From the NCBI GenBank assembly GCA_019634915.1, contig JAHCAN010000013.1, positions 10,045 to 74,044 on the forward strand: a stretch of 64,000 nucleotides of DNA, written 5' to 3'. Both the position numbers and the translations under genes were made by a program. How positions within the stretch are numbered: position 1 is the first letter of the stretch; each line of letters starts with the position of its first letter. This stretch comes from Steroidobacteraceae bacterium. GTDB taxonomy: Bacteria; Pseudomonadota; Gammaproteobacteria; Steroidobacterales; Steroidobacteraceae. The notes below the pieces were generated by a model that saw only the letters and a program-made list of their open reading frames with translations, made no database searches and was not told the DNA's origin. Below are positions 1-9,027 of the stretch, piece after piece.

Positions 1-628
1 TGATCTGCCGCTCGTCCGTGCCGTCGGAGTTCATCACCCAGAGGTCCATGTTGCCGTCGATCATGCGACCGAACACGATCCACTTGCCGTCGGGCGAAAC
101 GGTGACCTCGGCTTCGTAATAATCGTTGTTTGTCAGGCGCTTGACGTTGCCGCCGTCCCTGTCGGAAATATACAACTCCGCGCCCTGCGGGTAGTTTTGC
201 CAGTCGGACCAGTCGCCGACGAGCTTCACGCCGTCACCCATGTGGTCGCGCACCGAGGTCCAGATCAGGTGCTGGCCGTCCGGGAAGAAATAGGAGCAGG
301 CGTCGTAGCCCCGGTCGTTGACCAGCACGATGTCCTGGCCGGCATCGGTGAACGTGGTCGTCAGGAAGCCGGCGTGATCGTTGCGCCCGCCCTTCATTGC
401 CCTGGAATTCTGCACCTGCGCGATCAGATGGACGCTGTCCGGGCCGTAATAGGCCTCGGCCGCCTCGCCCATGTTGGGAATCTGCCAGGACGGCAGCTCA
501 CCCTCCCGGGTGGACACCTGGGCGCCCTCCGGCACGACGACTGCATTGGAAGGCCCGAAGCTGTCCCGTACGGAACAGGCACCGAGGACCATGACCACCA
601 CGAGGAACATGTTGCGCATTTGTCTCAT
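1..628 (-). CDS. PD40/TolB-like beta-propeller lipoprotein. The C-terminal part runs off the window, so it is absent from the ORF track.
   Basis: Manual reverse translation from ATG at 628 gives MRQMRNMFLVVVMVLGACSVRD (lipobox LGAC). PD40-type repeats follow (FPDGQHLIW, SPDGKWIVF, NSDGTDE). Confidence 0.6.
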   Translation of the reverse strand, partial: MRQMRNMFLVVVMVLGACSVRDSFGPSNAVVVPEGAQVSTREGELPSWQIPNMGEAAEAYYGPDSVHLIAQVQNSRAMKGGRNDHAGFLTTTFTDAGQDIVLVNDRGYDACSYFFPDGQHLIWTSVRDHMGDGVKLVGDWSDWQNYPQGAELYISDRDGGNVKRLTNNDYYEAEVTVSPDGKWIVFGRMIDGNMDLWVMNSDGTDERQI

Positions 629-716
629 CACATAGCCGATTGATATTGAACCCGAGTGTGCCGCCGCGTTAGCGTACAAGGCAAGGGGGACGCATGGTGC
701 GTCCACGGGGAGAACG

Positions 717-3200
717 ATGCGCATCACTACATTCCTGGCCGGGCTGGCCACGGTGTCACTGCTCGGCGGCACGGCGACAGCCGTGGCGGAACCCCAGGCA
801 GACAGCCTCGATGAGATCGTCGTCACGGCCCGCAAGGCCGAAGAGCGGCTGATCGACGTCCCTCTCGCCATCACGGCACTTTCCGACCGCGTCATCGAAG
901 AACGCGGCATCCGCAACCTCGACGACGTCGCGGCCAACACGCCGGGCCTGCAGTTCTCGAACGTGCTCGGCGAGTTCCTGCCGTCACCCGTGATCCGCGG
1001 CGTGGCGCCGATCGACATCCTCGGCGAGAACAACACCGCGATCTTCATCGACGGCATCTACGTGTCGGCGCGCGAAGGCCTCAACTTCAGCCAGCTCGAT
1101 CTCGAGCGCATCGAAGTCGTGAAGGGTCCGCAGGCGGCGATGTACGGCCGCAACAGCTTCAGCGGCGCGATCAACTACGTGACCGCCAAGCCGACCGACA
1201 CCTTCAAGGGCAAGACCGAGGTCACCTGGGGCAACGACGGCAAGCTGCTCGCGTCGATCTCGGCCAGCGGCCCGCTGATCGAAGGCGTGCTCAGGGGCCG
1301 CGCGGCGGTGCTGTACGACAACTTCGACGGCTCCTACAAGAACCAGTGGGCCGGCCCCGGCCCGGGCCCCGACATCGGCGGCTATCAGTACAAGACCTTC
1401 CAGGGCAGCCTGCTGTGGACACCGACCGACAACTTCGAGGGCGTCCTGAGCCTCTACGTGTCGGACGACCAGATCGACAACTCGGCGCTGAGCGCGGTTG
1501 CGTCCAATTGCGAGAACCGCAATGACGCGAATCCCGCCCTGTCGAGCCGCCTGCTCAACTACTGCGGCGAGCTGCCGTCGGTCGGCAGGAACGATCTGAG
1601 CGTGATCGCCGGCGCGACCGGCGAGGATCGTGACGCGACCCGCGCCACGATGTCGCTGAAGTGGACGCTTGGCAACGGCGGCACGATCAACTCGCTGAGC
1701 GGCTATTCCAACGTCAGCCAGTCGTTCTGGGTCGACGGCGGCCGCGGCGGCGGCAACGACCATATCTACACGTACCTGGCGACACCGATTATTCCGGCCT
1801 TCCTTGGCCCGCCGCCGGCGTTCAACAGCTCGGCGACCCGGGCGCAGTTCCAGACCGGCCTGCTGCAGATCGGACCCGGCGCGACGACCGAGGAGTTCAG
1901 CCAGGAACTGCGCTACTCGAGCGACCCCACGCAGCGGTTCACCTGGTCGATCGGCGGCTATTACTACGACACGACCAGCAAGGCCGGCATCGACGACGTG
2001 GTCGCGAACACGGCACTGCCGAACAACTTCGGTTCGTTCTGCCTCGCCTGCACGTATCTCGGGCCCGGCCTCGGTTGGGTCGATTTCGCGACCGGCGCCG
2101 GCGATGCCGCGTTCATGCCCTGGTTCACGAGCCCGACGGGCGCGTCGGTCGCCGGCAACGTGTTCCAGAACGACACGAAGGCGCCGTCCGCCTTCGCGCA
2201 GTTCGAGTTCGACCTCACCGACAAGCTCTCGTGGGGCGCGGAAGCCCGCTACACCAAGGAAGAAAAGACCTTTACGGACCACCAGGCGGGAGGCACGTCG
2301 CGCAAGGTCGACTCGGAGCTGGTCAACTGGCGCACCAACCTGCGCTACCAGCCGTCCGACAGCCTGACGTTCTACGGCGCGATCGCCCACGCCGAGAAGG
2401 GCGGCGGCTCGGATGCCGCACAGGTCCAGTTCAGGGACGCGCCCACGGTCTCCGAGACCGTGCTGGTCGGATTCGACCCGGAGGACCTGCTCAGCTACGA
2501 ACTCGGCCTGAAGAGCGAGTTCCTCAACCGCCGGCTGGGCATTGAGTTCGACGTCTATTACATGGACTGGTCGGAGATCGTGATCCCGCAGGTGCTCGAG
2601 GCGATCGATGGCCGTGAGCTGCAGATTCCGACGGCCTTCAGCGTCAACGGCGGCGATGCCTCGATCAAGGGCGCCGAGCTGGCGGTCACCGCACACCCGG
2701 TCGTCGGCCTCGACCTCAACCTGGGCCTCTCCTACATCGACGGCAAGTACGACGACGCGAAGGTCCAGTCGTTCATCGACTTCCCGAGCTTCGCGCCGGA
2801 TGGCGACGTGTCCGGCAAGAAGATCCTGCGCCAGTCGGAATGGCAGTGGAACGTGGGCGCGGGCTACAGCGCGATCGCACGGGGCGACACCAACTGGTTC
2901 GTCCGCACCGATGCGTCGTATCGCGGCAAGCAGTTTGCGGACTCCTCGAACCAGGCGATCCTGCCCGAGTCGCTGCTGCTCAACGCATCGCTCGGCCTGC
3001 GCGGCGACCGCTGGTCGCTCGAGCTGTGGGGCCGCAACCTGACCGACGAAGACGCTCCCACAGGCGCGTTCCGCGACGTGTACTTCACCAACACGCTCCC
3101 GGATGGCACCTCCGCGGGCGGCACCTTCTTCCCGCTCCGCTACACGGTGAACCACCCGCGTCTGCGCACCTATGGAATCACATGGCGCATGAAATTCTGA
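717..3200 (+). CDS. TonB-dependent outer-membrane receptor
   Basis: 827 aa with a signal peptide and plug-region motifs (DEIVVTARK, GVAPIDILGENNTAIFIDGIY, IEVVKGPQAAMYG). Long beta-barrel ending in a C-terminal aromatic residue (WRMKF). Confidence 0.9.
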   Translation: MRITTFLAGLATVSLLGGTATAVAEPQADSLDEIVVTARKAEERLIDVPLAITALSDRVIEERGIRNLDDVAANTPGLQFSNVLGEFLPSPVIRGVAPIDILGENNTAIFIDGIYVSAREGLNFSQLDLERIEVVKGPQAAMYGRNSFSGAINYVTAKPTDTFKGKTEVTWGNDGKLLASISASGPLIEGVLRGRAAVLYDNFDGSYKNQWAGPGPGPDIGGYQYKTFQGSLLWTPTDNFEGVLSLYVSDDQIDNSALSAVASNCENRNDANPALSSRLLNYCGELPSVGRNDLSVIAGATGEDRDATRATMSLKWTLGNGGTINSLSGYSNVSQSFWVDGGRGGGNDHIYTYLATPIIPAFLGPPPAFNSSATRAQFQTGLLQIGPGATTEEFSQELRYSSDPTQRFTWSIGGYYYDTTSKAGIDDVVANTALPNNFGSFCLACTYLGPGLGWVDFATGAGDAAFMPWFTSPTGASVAGNVFQNDTKAPSAFAQFEFDLTDKLSWGAEARYTKEEKTFTDHQAGGTSRKVDSELVNWRTNLRYQPSDSLTFYGAIAHAEKGGGSDAAQVQFRDAPTVSETVLVGFDPEDLLSYELGLKSEFLNRRLGIEFDVYYMDWSEIVIPQVLEAIDGRELQIPTAFSVNGGDASIKGAELAVTAHPVVGLDLNLGLSYIDGKYDDAKVQSFIDFPSFAPDGDVSGKKILRQSEWQWNVGAGYSAIARGDTNWFVRTDASYRGKQFADSSNQAILPESLLLNASLGLRGDRWSLELWGRNLTDEDAPTGAFRDVYFTNTLPDGTSAGGTFFPLRYTVNHPRLRTYGITWRMKF

Positions 3201-4417
3201 GACCCCTCGTCGTCGCCGCATGCTGGCTCGCCGCCGGCATGTCGGCGGCGGCCGGCGAGAACATCCTCGACCTCCCGATCGGCGACGCGAGCCGCGCCGA
3301 CCGGGAGATCGCGGTCACGCTGGACGGCGTGATCGACACCCGCGCCGGCGAGCTGATCACGCCGGCGGAGCTCGCCCGGCGCCTCGCCACCACCCGCGTG
3401 CTGTTCATCGGCGAGGAGCACACCACTCCCGAATTCCACGACGTCCAGCTCGCCACGATCAAGGCGCTGCACGACGCCGGCCGCGAGGTCCTGATCGGCC
3501 TCGAGATGTACCCCTACGACCAGCAGGCTCCGCTCGACCAGTGGATCGACGGCAAGCTCACCGAGCGCGGCTTCGTCGACCTGTCCGGCTGGTATGTCTA
3601 CTGGTCGCACCACTGGGGCTACTACCGCGACATCTTCAATTACGCCCGCGAGCAGGATCTCCGCATGTACGGCGTGAACATGCCGCGTGCGGCCGTCAAT
3701 CTCGCGCGCGAGAAGGGTTTCGATGCGCTCGACCCGGAGTCGCGCAGGCACCTGCCGCCGAAGATCGACCTGACGAACGCCGAGCATCGCCGGCTGTTCC
3801 GCGCCTACTTCTCCGACGACGACGCCCTGCATTCGCAGATGTCCGAAGCCGCGCTCGATTCACTGTATCGCGCGCAGGTGACCTGGGACGCCTCGATGGG
3901 CTGGAACGCCGCGCAGGCCCTCGAACGGCACGGCGGCAAGGACGCGATCATCGTGATCATGATCGGCGCGGGTCACGTCGCCTACAACCTCGGCGGCGTG
4001 CGCCAGCTCGCGGCGAACTACTCCGGCGAAGTGCGCTCGCTGATTCCGGTCGCCGTGCGCAATGGCGACGGCAGCGCCGTCGGGCCCGTGCGCGCCTCCT
4101 ACGCCGACTTCATCTGGGGCGTGCCCGGCCGCGACGGCCCGGGCCTGCCCGTGCTCGGCGTCTCGCTCGCCGGGCGCATCGGCAACGAACCCTCCAAAGT
4201 CATCCAGGTCGACAAGGACGGCAGCGCCGCACAGGCGGGCGTGCGGGTCGGCGACATACTGCTGCGCCTCGGCGACACGCCGATCACCTCGACGACCGAC
4301 CTGCAGCGCTCCACCGGTGAATACGCCTGGGGCGACGGCGTGCCACTCGAGATCCGCCGCGACGGCGTGCTGCAGACGCTCGACCTCGTTTTCCGACGAC
4401 CGACACCGAAGCAATGA
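3182..4417 (+). CDS. ChaN-like (haem-binding uptake / Tiki superfamily) protein with a C-terminal PDZ domain
   Basis: In-frame ATG at 3182 (MAHEILRPLVVAACWLAAG signal) overlaps the receptor stop. ChaN-like core: VLFIGEEHTTPEFHDVQL...LIGLEMYPYDQQ. PDZ-like tail: GVRVGDILLRLGDTPITSTTDL. Confidence 0.7.
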   Translation: MAHEILRPLVVAACWLAAGMSAAAGENILDLPIGDASRADREIAVTLDGVIDTRAGELITPAELARRLATTRVLFIGEEHTTPEFHDVQLATIKALHDAGREVLIGLEMYPYDQQAPLDQWIDGKLTERGFVDLSGWYVYWSHHWGYYRDIFNYAREQDLRMYGVNMPRAAVNLAREKGFDALDPESRRHLPPKIDLTNAEHRRLFRAYFSDDDALHSQMSEAALDSLYRAQVTWDASMGWNAAQALERHGGKDAIIVIMIGAGHVAYNLGGVRQLAANYSGEVRSLIPVAVRNGDGSAVGPVRASYADFIWGVPGRDGPGLPVLGVSLAGRIGNEPSKVIQVDKDGSAAQAGVRVGDILLRLGDTPITSTTDLQRSTGEYAWGDGVPLEIRRDGVLQTLDLVFRRPTPKQ

Positions 4418-7400
4418 AAAACATGCTGCCGATCCGGGCGGGCGCGCTCGCGCTCGCCGTCTTTGCCATGAGCGCCCGTGGCGCCGAACTGCCACCCGCC
4501 GCGGAGCTGCCGCAGTACACGCTCGACGTGCGCATCGAGCCGGCCACGCATCACCTTGCGGTGGATGCCACCCTCGCCTTCCCGGCGCAGTACGCCGGCC
4601 GCGACGTCGAGTTCCTGCTCGCCGCACCGCTCGCGATCGCAAACTCCACGCCCGCGATCGAACGCCTGCCCGCGGGCGACACCGGCGGCTTCACCGGCAT
4701 CAACGGCTCGAGCGCCGCGCTCGAGAAGTCGGGCCGCGCGGCGCGCTACCGGGTCACGCTGCCAAAGGACGCTCCGACGCTGCGCCTGAGCTACGCCGGT
4801 GCGGTCGACTTCGGCTTCGACACGCCCGAGGAGGAATACGCGCGCGGCTTCAGTGAGACCGCGGGCGTGATCGGCGAGCAGGGCGTCTATCTCGCCGGCA
4901 GCTCGCTGTGGTACCCCTACCTCGGCGACACGCTGTTCGTGCCCACCGTGCACGCCACGGCACCCGAGGGCTGGCACCTGATCACGGTCGACCCGGCCCC
5001 GGTCGACGAGCTGCCGCTCGCCGGCGGCCCGCTGACGCGCTACGCGGAGAGCGTGGGTGCGGTCGAAGCCCAGGTCTTCCTGCGCACGCCGGACGAGGCG
5101 CTGGCGCGCAAATACCTCGACGCCACCGCGCGCGACCTCGAGATGTACCGCCAGCTCGTCGGCCCCTACCCCTACTCGAAGTTCGCGCTGGTCGAGAACT
5201 TCTGGGAGACGGGCTACGGCATGCCCTCTTTCACGCTGCTCGGCCCGCAGATCATCCGCTTCCCGTTCATCCTGACCTCGTCCTACCCGCACGAGATCCT
5301 GCACAACTGGTGGGGCAATTCGGTCTTCGTCGACTACGCGACCGGCAACTGGTGCGAGGGCCTCACCGCCTACATGGCCGACCACCTGTTCAAGGAGCAG
5401 CAGGGCCAGGGCGCCGAGTACCGCCGCGACACGCTGAAGCGCTATCGCGACTACGTGAAGGACGCGCACGACTTCCCGCTGAACGAGTTCCGCTCGCGCC
5501 ACAGCGCGGCGACCGAGGCGGTCGGCTACGGCAAGACGCTGATGGGCTTCCACATGCTGCGCCGCCAGCTCGGCGACGACACCTTCAGGAAAGCCCTGCA
5601 GAGCCTCTATCGCAACCAGCGCGGGCAGCGCGTCGGCTTCACCGACGTCAGGCACGAATTCGAGAAGGCCGGTGGCGTCGATCTCGCGACCTTCTTCAGC
5701 CAGTGGGTCGACCGCGCCGGTGCCGCCGACCTGAGACTCGAGGGTGTGCGTCGCGACGGGCGCAGCGTGCGCGGCATCATCCGCCAGGCGCAGCGCAGCG
5801 GCCTGCTCGACATCGAGGTGCCGGTGTCGGTGCGGACCGCCACCGGTTACGTGGCGCAAACGGTGCGCCTGCGCGGCGCGACGACGCCGTTTCGCATCGC
5901 CGTCGACGCCGAACCGCTGCTGCTCGAGCTCGACCCCGAGTTCGACGTATTCCGCCTGCTCGACCCGCGCGAGACCGCGCCGTCGATCGGCCAGGTGTTC
6001 GGCGACACGGAGGTGCTCGCGGTGTTGCCGGCGCGTGCGAGCGCGGCCGAGCAGCAGGTCTATCGCGACATGCTCGCACGCTGGGTCAGCCCCGCCCAGA
6101 AAGTCGAGGTCAGCCTCGACAGCGACGTCGATGAACTGCCGGCCGATCGCGCGGTGTGGGTATTCGGGCGCGAAAACCGCTACGGCGGGCAGCTGCTGAA
6201 GGCGGCGTCGGCCGTCGAGCCGGCGCTTGCGCGCGACGACGCGAGCGTGACCTTCGTGCAGCGCCATCCGGGCAACCCCGCGAAAGCCGTGGGCTTCGTG
6301 GCATTCGGCAGCGCGGCGGCGGCGCCTGGCCTCGCGGGCAAATTGCCGCATTACGGCAAGTACTCGTATCTCGTGTTCGAGGGCGATGACGCGAAGAACA
6401 CGATCAAGGGTGAATGGAGCGCCGACGATTCGCCGCTGCGGGTCGACCTGCGCGGCAACGGCCAGCCGTCGCTCGCGCCGCTCGCGCACCCGGCGCGCGC
6501 GCCGCTCGCCGTGCTGCCGCCGGTGTTCAGCGCGCAGAAAATGGCCGCGCATGTGAACTACCTGGCGGCGCCGGAACGCGACGGCCGCGGCCTCGGAACG
6601 CGGGGCATCGAGGAGGCGGCCAACTACATCGTCGAGGCATTCAAGGCCGCCCGCCTGACCCCGGCCGGCGACGACGGTGGCTGGCTGCAGCACTTCCCGC
6701 AGGGCGCGAACGTGATCGGCGTGCTGCCCGGCGCGAATCCGGCGTTCATCGGCCAGGCGATCGTCGTGTCGGCCCACTACGACCACCTCGGACCGGATCA
6801 TCCCGGCGCAGACGACAACGCGAGCGGCGTCGCAGTGCTGATCGAGCTCGCACGTGCGCTGGCCTCGCAGCCCGCACCGCCCCGCACGATCGTGTTCGCG
6901 GCCTTCTCCGCCGAGGAGGCCGGCCTGATCGGCTCGCGCTGGTTCGCCGCGCATCCGGCGCCCGTGCCACTCGCCGGCATCCGCGCGAACCTGAACCTCG
7001 ACACCGTCGGCCGCCTCGGCAGCGGCCCCGTGCGTATCATCGCCACCGGCACCGCAAGCGAGTGGCCGCACGTCTTCCGCGGCGTCGGCTTCACGACCGG
7101 CATCGCGATCCAGAACATCGAAGGCGCCGGCCAGTCCTCGGACCAGCAGGCCTTCATCGAGCGCGGTATTCCCGGCGTGCAGCTGTTCGCCGGCGCGAGC
7201 CTCGATTACCACAAGCCGACCGACACACCCGACAAGATCGACGCCGCCGGCATGGTCAAGGTCGCGACCGTGGCGAAGGAAGCGATCGAGTATCTCGCCG
7301 CGCGCCCCGAGCCGCTGAACGCAACGATCAGCGCCGCCGCCGCCGCGCCCGCGCAGCCGCCACCCGGTACGCCGCGCGAGCGCCGCGCTTCGCTCGGCAT

Positions 7401-7644
7401 CGTGCCCGACTTCGCGTACACGGCGCGCGGCGTGCGCGCCGACAGCATCGTGCCCGACTCGCCGGCCGCGCATGCGGCGCTGCAGCCGGGCGACGTGCTG
7501 CTCACCGTCGCCGGCCAGCCGGTCGACGACATGCAGGCCTATTCGAACGTGCTGAAGACGCTGAAGATCGGCGACCTGGTCATGGTCGAGTACCGGCGCG
7601 GCGCGGCGGTCGAGACCGTGCAGGTGGAAGTCGGCGCGCGCTGA
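4414..7644 (+). CDS. Secreted tri-domain peptidase: M1 (gluzincin) + M28 aminopeptidase + PDZ
   Basis: The start overlaps the upstream stop (ATGA). HEILHNWWGN plus Glu 18 residues on (WCEG) gives HEXXH-X18-E. M28 motifs: VVSAHYDHLG, GADDNASGVAVLIELARAL, FSAEEAGLIGS. C-terminal PDZ: QPGDVLLTVAGQPVDDMQAY. Confidence 0.8.
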   Translation: MKNMLPIRAGALALAVFAMSARGAELPPAAELPQYTLDVRIEPATHHLAVDATLAFPAQYAGRDVEFLLAAPLAIANSTPAIERLPAGDTGGFTGINGSSAALEKSGRAARYRVTLPKDAPTLRLSYAGAVDFGFDTPEEEYARGFSETAGVIGEQGVYLAGSSLWYPYLGDTLFVPTVHATAPEGWHLITVDPAPVDELPLAGGPLTRYAESVGAVEAQVFLRTPDEALARKYLDATARDLEMYRQLVGPYPYSKFALVENFWETGYGMPSFTLLGPQIIRFPFILTSSYPHEILHNWWGNSVFVDYATGNWCEGLTAYMADHLFKEQQGQGAEYRRDTLKRYRDYVKDAHDFPLNEFRSRHSAATEAVGYGKTLMGFHMLRRQLGDDTFRKALQSLYRNQRGQRVGFTDVRHEFEKAGGVDLATFFSQWVDRAGAADLRLEGVRRDGRSVRGIIRQAQRSGLLDIEVPVSVRTATGYVAQTVRLRGATTPFRIAVDAEPLLLELDPEFDVFRLLDPRETAPSIGQVFGDTEVLAVLPARASAAEQQVYRDMLARWVSPAQKVEVSLDSDVDELPADRAVWVFGRENRYGGQLLKAASAVEPALARDDASVTFVQRHPGNPAKAVGFVAFGSAAAAPGLAGKLPHYGKYSYLVFEGDDAKNTIKGEWSADDSPLRVDLRGNGQPSLAPLAHPARAPLAVLPPVFSAQKMAAHVNYLAAPERDGRGLGTRGIEEAANYIVEAFKAARLTPAGDDGGWLQHFPQGANVIGVLPGANPAFIGQAIVVSAHYDHLGPDHPGADDNASGVAVLIELARALASQPAPPRTIVFAAFSAEEAGLIGSRWFAAHPAPVPLAGIRANLNLDTVGRLGSGPVRIIATGTASEWPHVFRGVGFTTGIAIQNIEGAGQSSDQQAFIERGIPGVQLFAGASLDYHKPTDTPDKIDAAGMVKVATVAKEAIEYLAARPEPLNATISAAAAAPAQPPPGTPRERRASLGIVPDFAYTARGVRADSIVPDSPAAHAALQPGDVLLTVAGQPVDDMQAYSNVLKTLKIGDLVMVEYRRGAAVETVQVEVGAR

Positions 7645-7650
7645 GCGCGA

Positions 7651-9027
7651 TCAGGCTTCGCGCAGATACCAGGCGTAGTCGAGCGACGTTACTTCAGCCG
7701 AGAAGCGCTCGCACTCCTGGCGCTTCACCGCAAGAAACACCTTCATGAAGCCCTCGCCGAGGGCGTCGTGCAGGAACTCCGACGCTGCGGCACGCTCGAT
7801 TGCCTCGTGCCAGGTGGCCGGGAATACCCGCGGGCGCGGCTGCGCGTAGGCGTTGCCCAGGGCCGGCGCGCCCGGATCGGCCCGCTGCGCGATACCCCGC
7901 TCGACGCCCGCAAGCACGGTGGCCACGGCCAGGTACAGGTTCGCATCGGCGCCGGCGATGCGGTGCTCGACGTGGCGCGACGCCGGCGGCCCTGCCGGCA
8001 CGCGCAGCGCCACGGTGCGATTGTTGATGCCCCAGGTGGGCGCGACCGGCGCGTAGCTCAAGCTGCGATGGCGGCGATAGGAATTCGCGTTCGGCGCAAA
8101 CACGAGGAAGCTCTCGGCCGCCGTCGTTGCCAGGCCGCCGATCGCCTGGCGCAGCAGCGGCGTGCCGGCCGCGTCGTCGGCCGCGAAGAGATTGTCGCCG
8201 CGCTCGTCCGCGAGGCTCACGTGCACGTGCAGCCCGCTGCCGGCGCGCTCGGCGAAGGGCTTCGCCATGAACGTCGCGATGCAGCCGTGCTTCTGCGCCA
8301 CGCCGCGCAGCAGCCGCTTGAAGAGGACGCCCTCGTCGACCGCGCGCACGGCGTCCGCGCGATGATGCAGCGTGATCTCGAACTGGCCCGGCGCATATTC
8401 GGCCATCAGCGTTTCGGCCGGCAGGCCTTGCGCCTTCGCGGCCGCGTACACGTCGGCGAACAGCGGCGCGAGATCGTCGAGCCTCGTGAGACTGTACGAG
8501 CCGATCGGCGCACGCTCGCCGAAGCGCCGCCCGCCGGGCTGGCCCCCGACGGCCGGTTCGAGGCGGCCGCGCGCTTCGCGCAGCAGGTAGAACTCGAGCT
8601 CGCAGGCGACGACCGGCCGCAGGCCGTGCGCCTCGAGGCGTGCCACGACGCGCGCAAGGGCGTGGCGCGGATCGCTGGCCGCCGGCGCGCCCTCGCCGTC
8701 GTGCATCGTCAGCATCAGCTGGCCGGTCGGCGGCCCGATCCACGGTGAGGGCAGCAGCGTGCCCGGCACCGGCCGGCACAGCCCGTCGGCATCGCCGACC
8801 TCCCAGACGAGGCCGGTGGCGTCCGCGTCCTCGCCGGTGATGTCGAGGCCCAGGATCGAGCCGGCGACGCGCCGGCCGTCGCGGTAAATCGCATCGAGCT
8901 CGCCCGCACGCACGCACTTGCCGCGCGCTACGCCGCTCGCGTCGGTGATGAAGACCTGCACCGCGTCGATGTCGGGATGCGCGGCGCGGAACCGCCGCAG
9001 TTCCTCGCTGTCGGCGGCGCCGTTCAA
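7651..9027 (-). CDS. Glutamine synthetase family protein (gamma-glutamyl-amine synthetase-like)
   Basis: 458 aa with a GS catalytic-domain-like sequence (FMAKPFAERAGSGLHVHVSL, NRTVALRVP, EHRIAGADANLYLA). Overlaps the upstream aminotransferase stop by 4 nt. Confidence 0.8.
   Translation of the reverse strand: MNGAADSEELRRFRAAHPDIDAVQVFITDASGVARGKCVRAGELDAIYRDGRRVAGSILGLDITGEDADATGLVWEVGDADGLCRPVPGTLLPSPWIGPPTGQLMLTMHDGEGAPAASDPRHALARVVARLEAHGLRPVVACELEFYLLREARGRLEPAVGGQPGGRRFGERAPIGSYSLTRLDDLAPLFADVYAAAKAQGLPAETLMAEYAPGQFEITLHHRADAVRAVDEGVLFKRLLRGVAQKHGCIATFMAKPFAERAGSGLHVHVSLADERGDNLFAADDAAGTPLLRQAIGGLATTAAESFLVFAPNANSYRRHRSLSYAPVAPTWGINNRTVALRVPAGPPASRHVEHRIAGADANLYLAVATVLAGVERGIAQRADPGAPALGNAYAQPRPRVFPATWHEAIERAAASEFLHDALGEGFMKVFLAVKRQECERFSAEVTSLDYAWYLREA

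Noticed and set aside
984-3221. 745-aa ORF antisense to the TonB-dependent receptor. Similar giant shadow ORFs occur at 4099-7473(-), 10193-13708(+), 15013-17493(-), 14355-17264(+), 43357-45531(-) and 60582-62297(+).
   Set aside because: Their translations are Arg/Ala/Gly/Pro-rich low-complexity sequence, typical of stop-poor antisense or off-frame reading in very high-G+C DNA. The opposite or alternative frame carries unmistakable conserved proteins (TBDR, M1/M28, ClpB, CstA, PilB, ALDH). One real gene (ybdD, 17085-17264) is hidden at the end of one such frame and was rescued.
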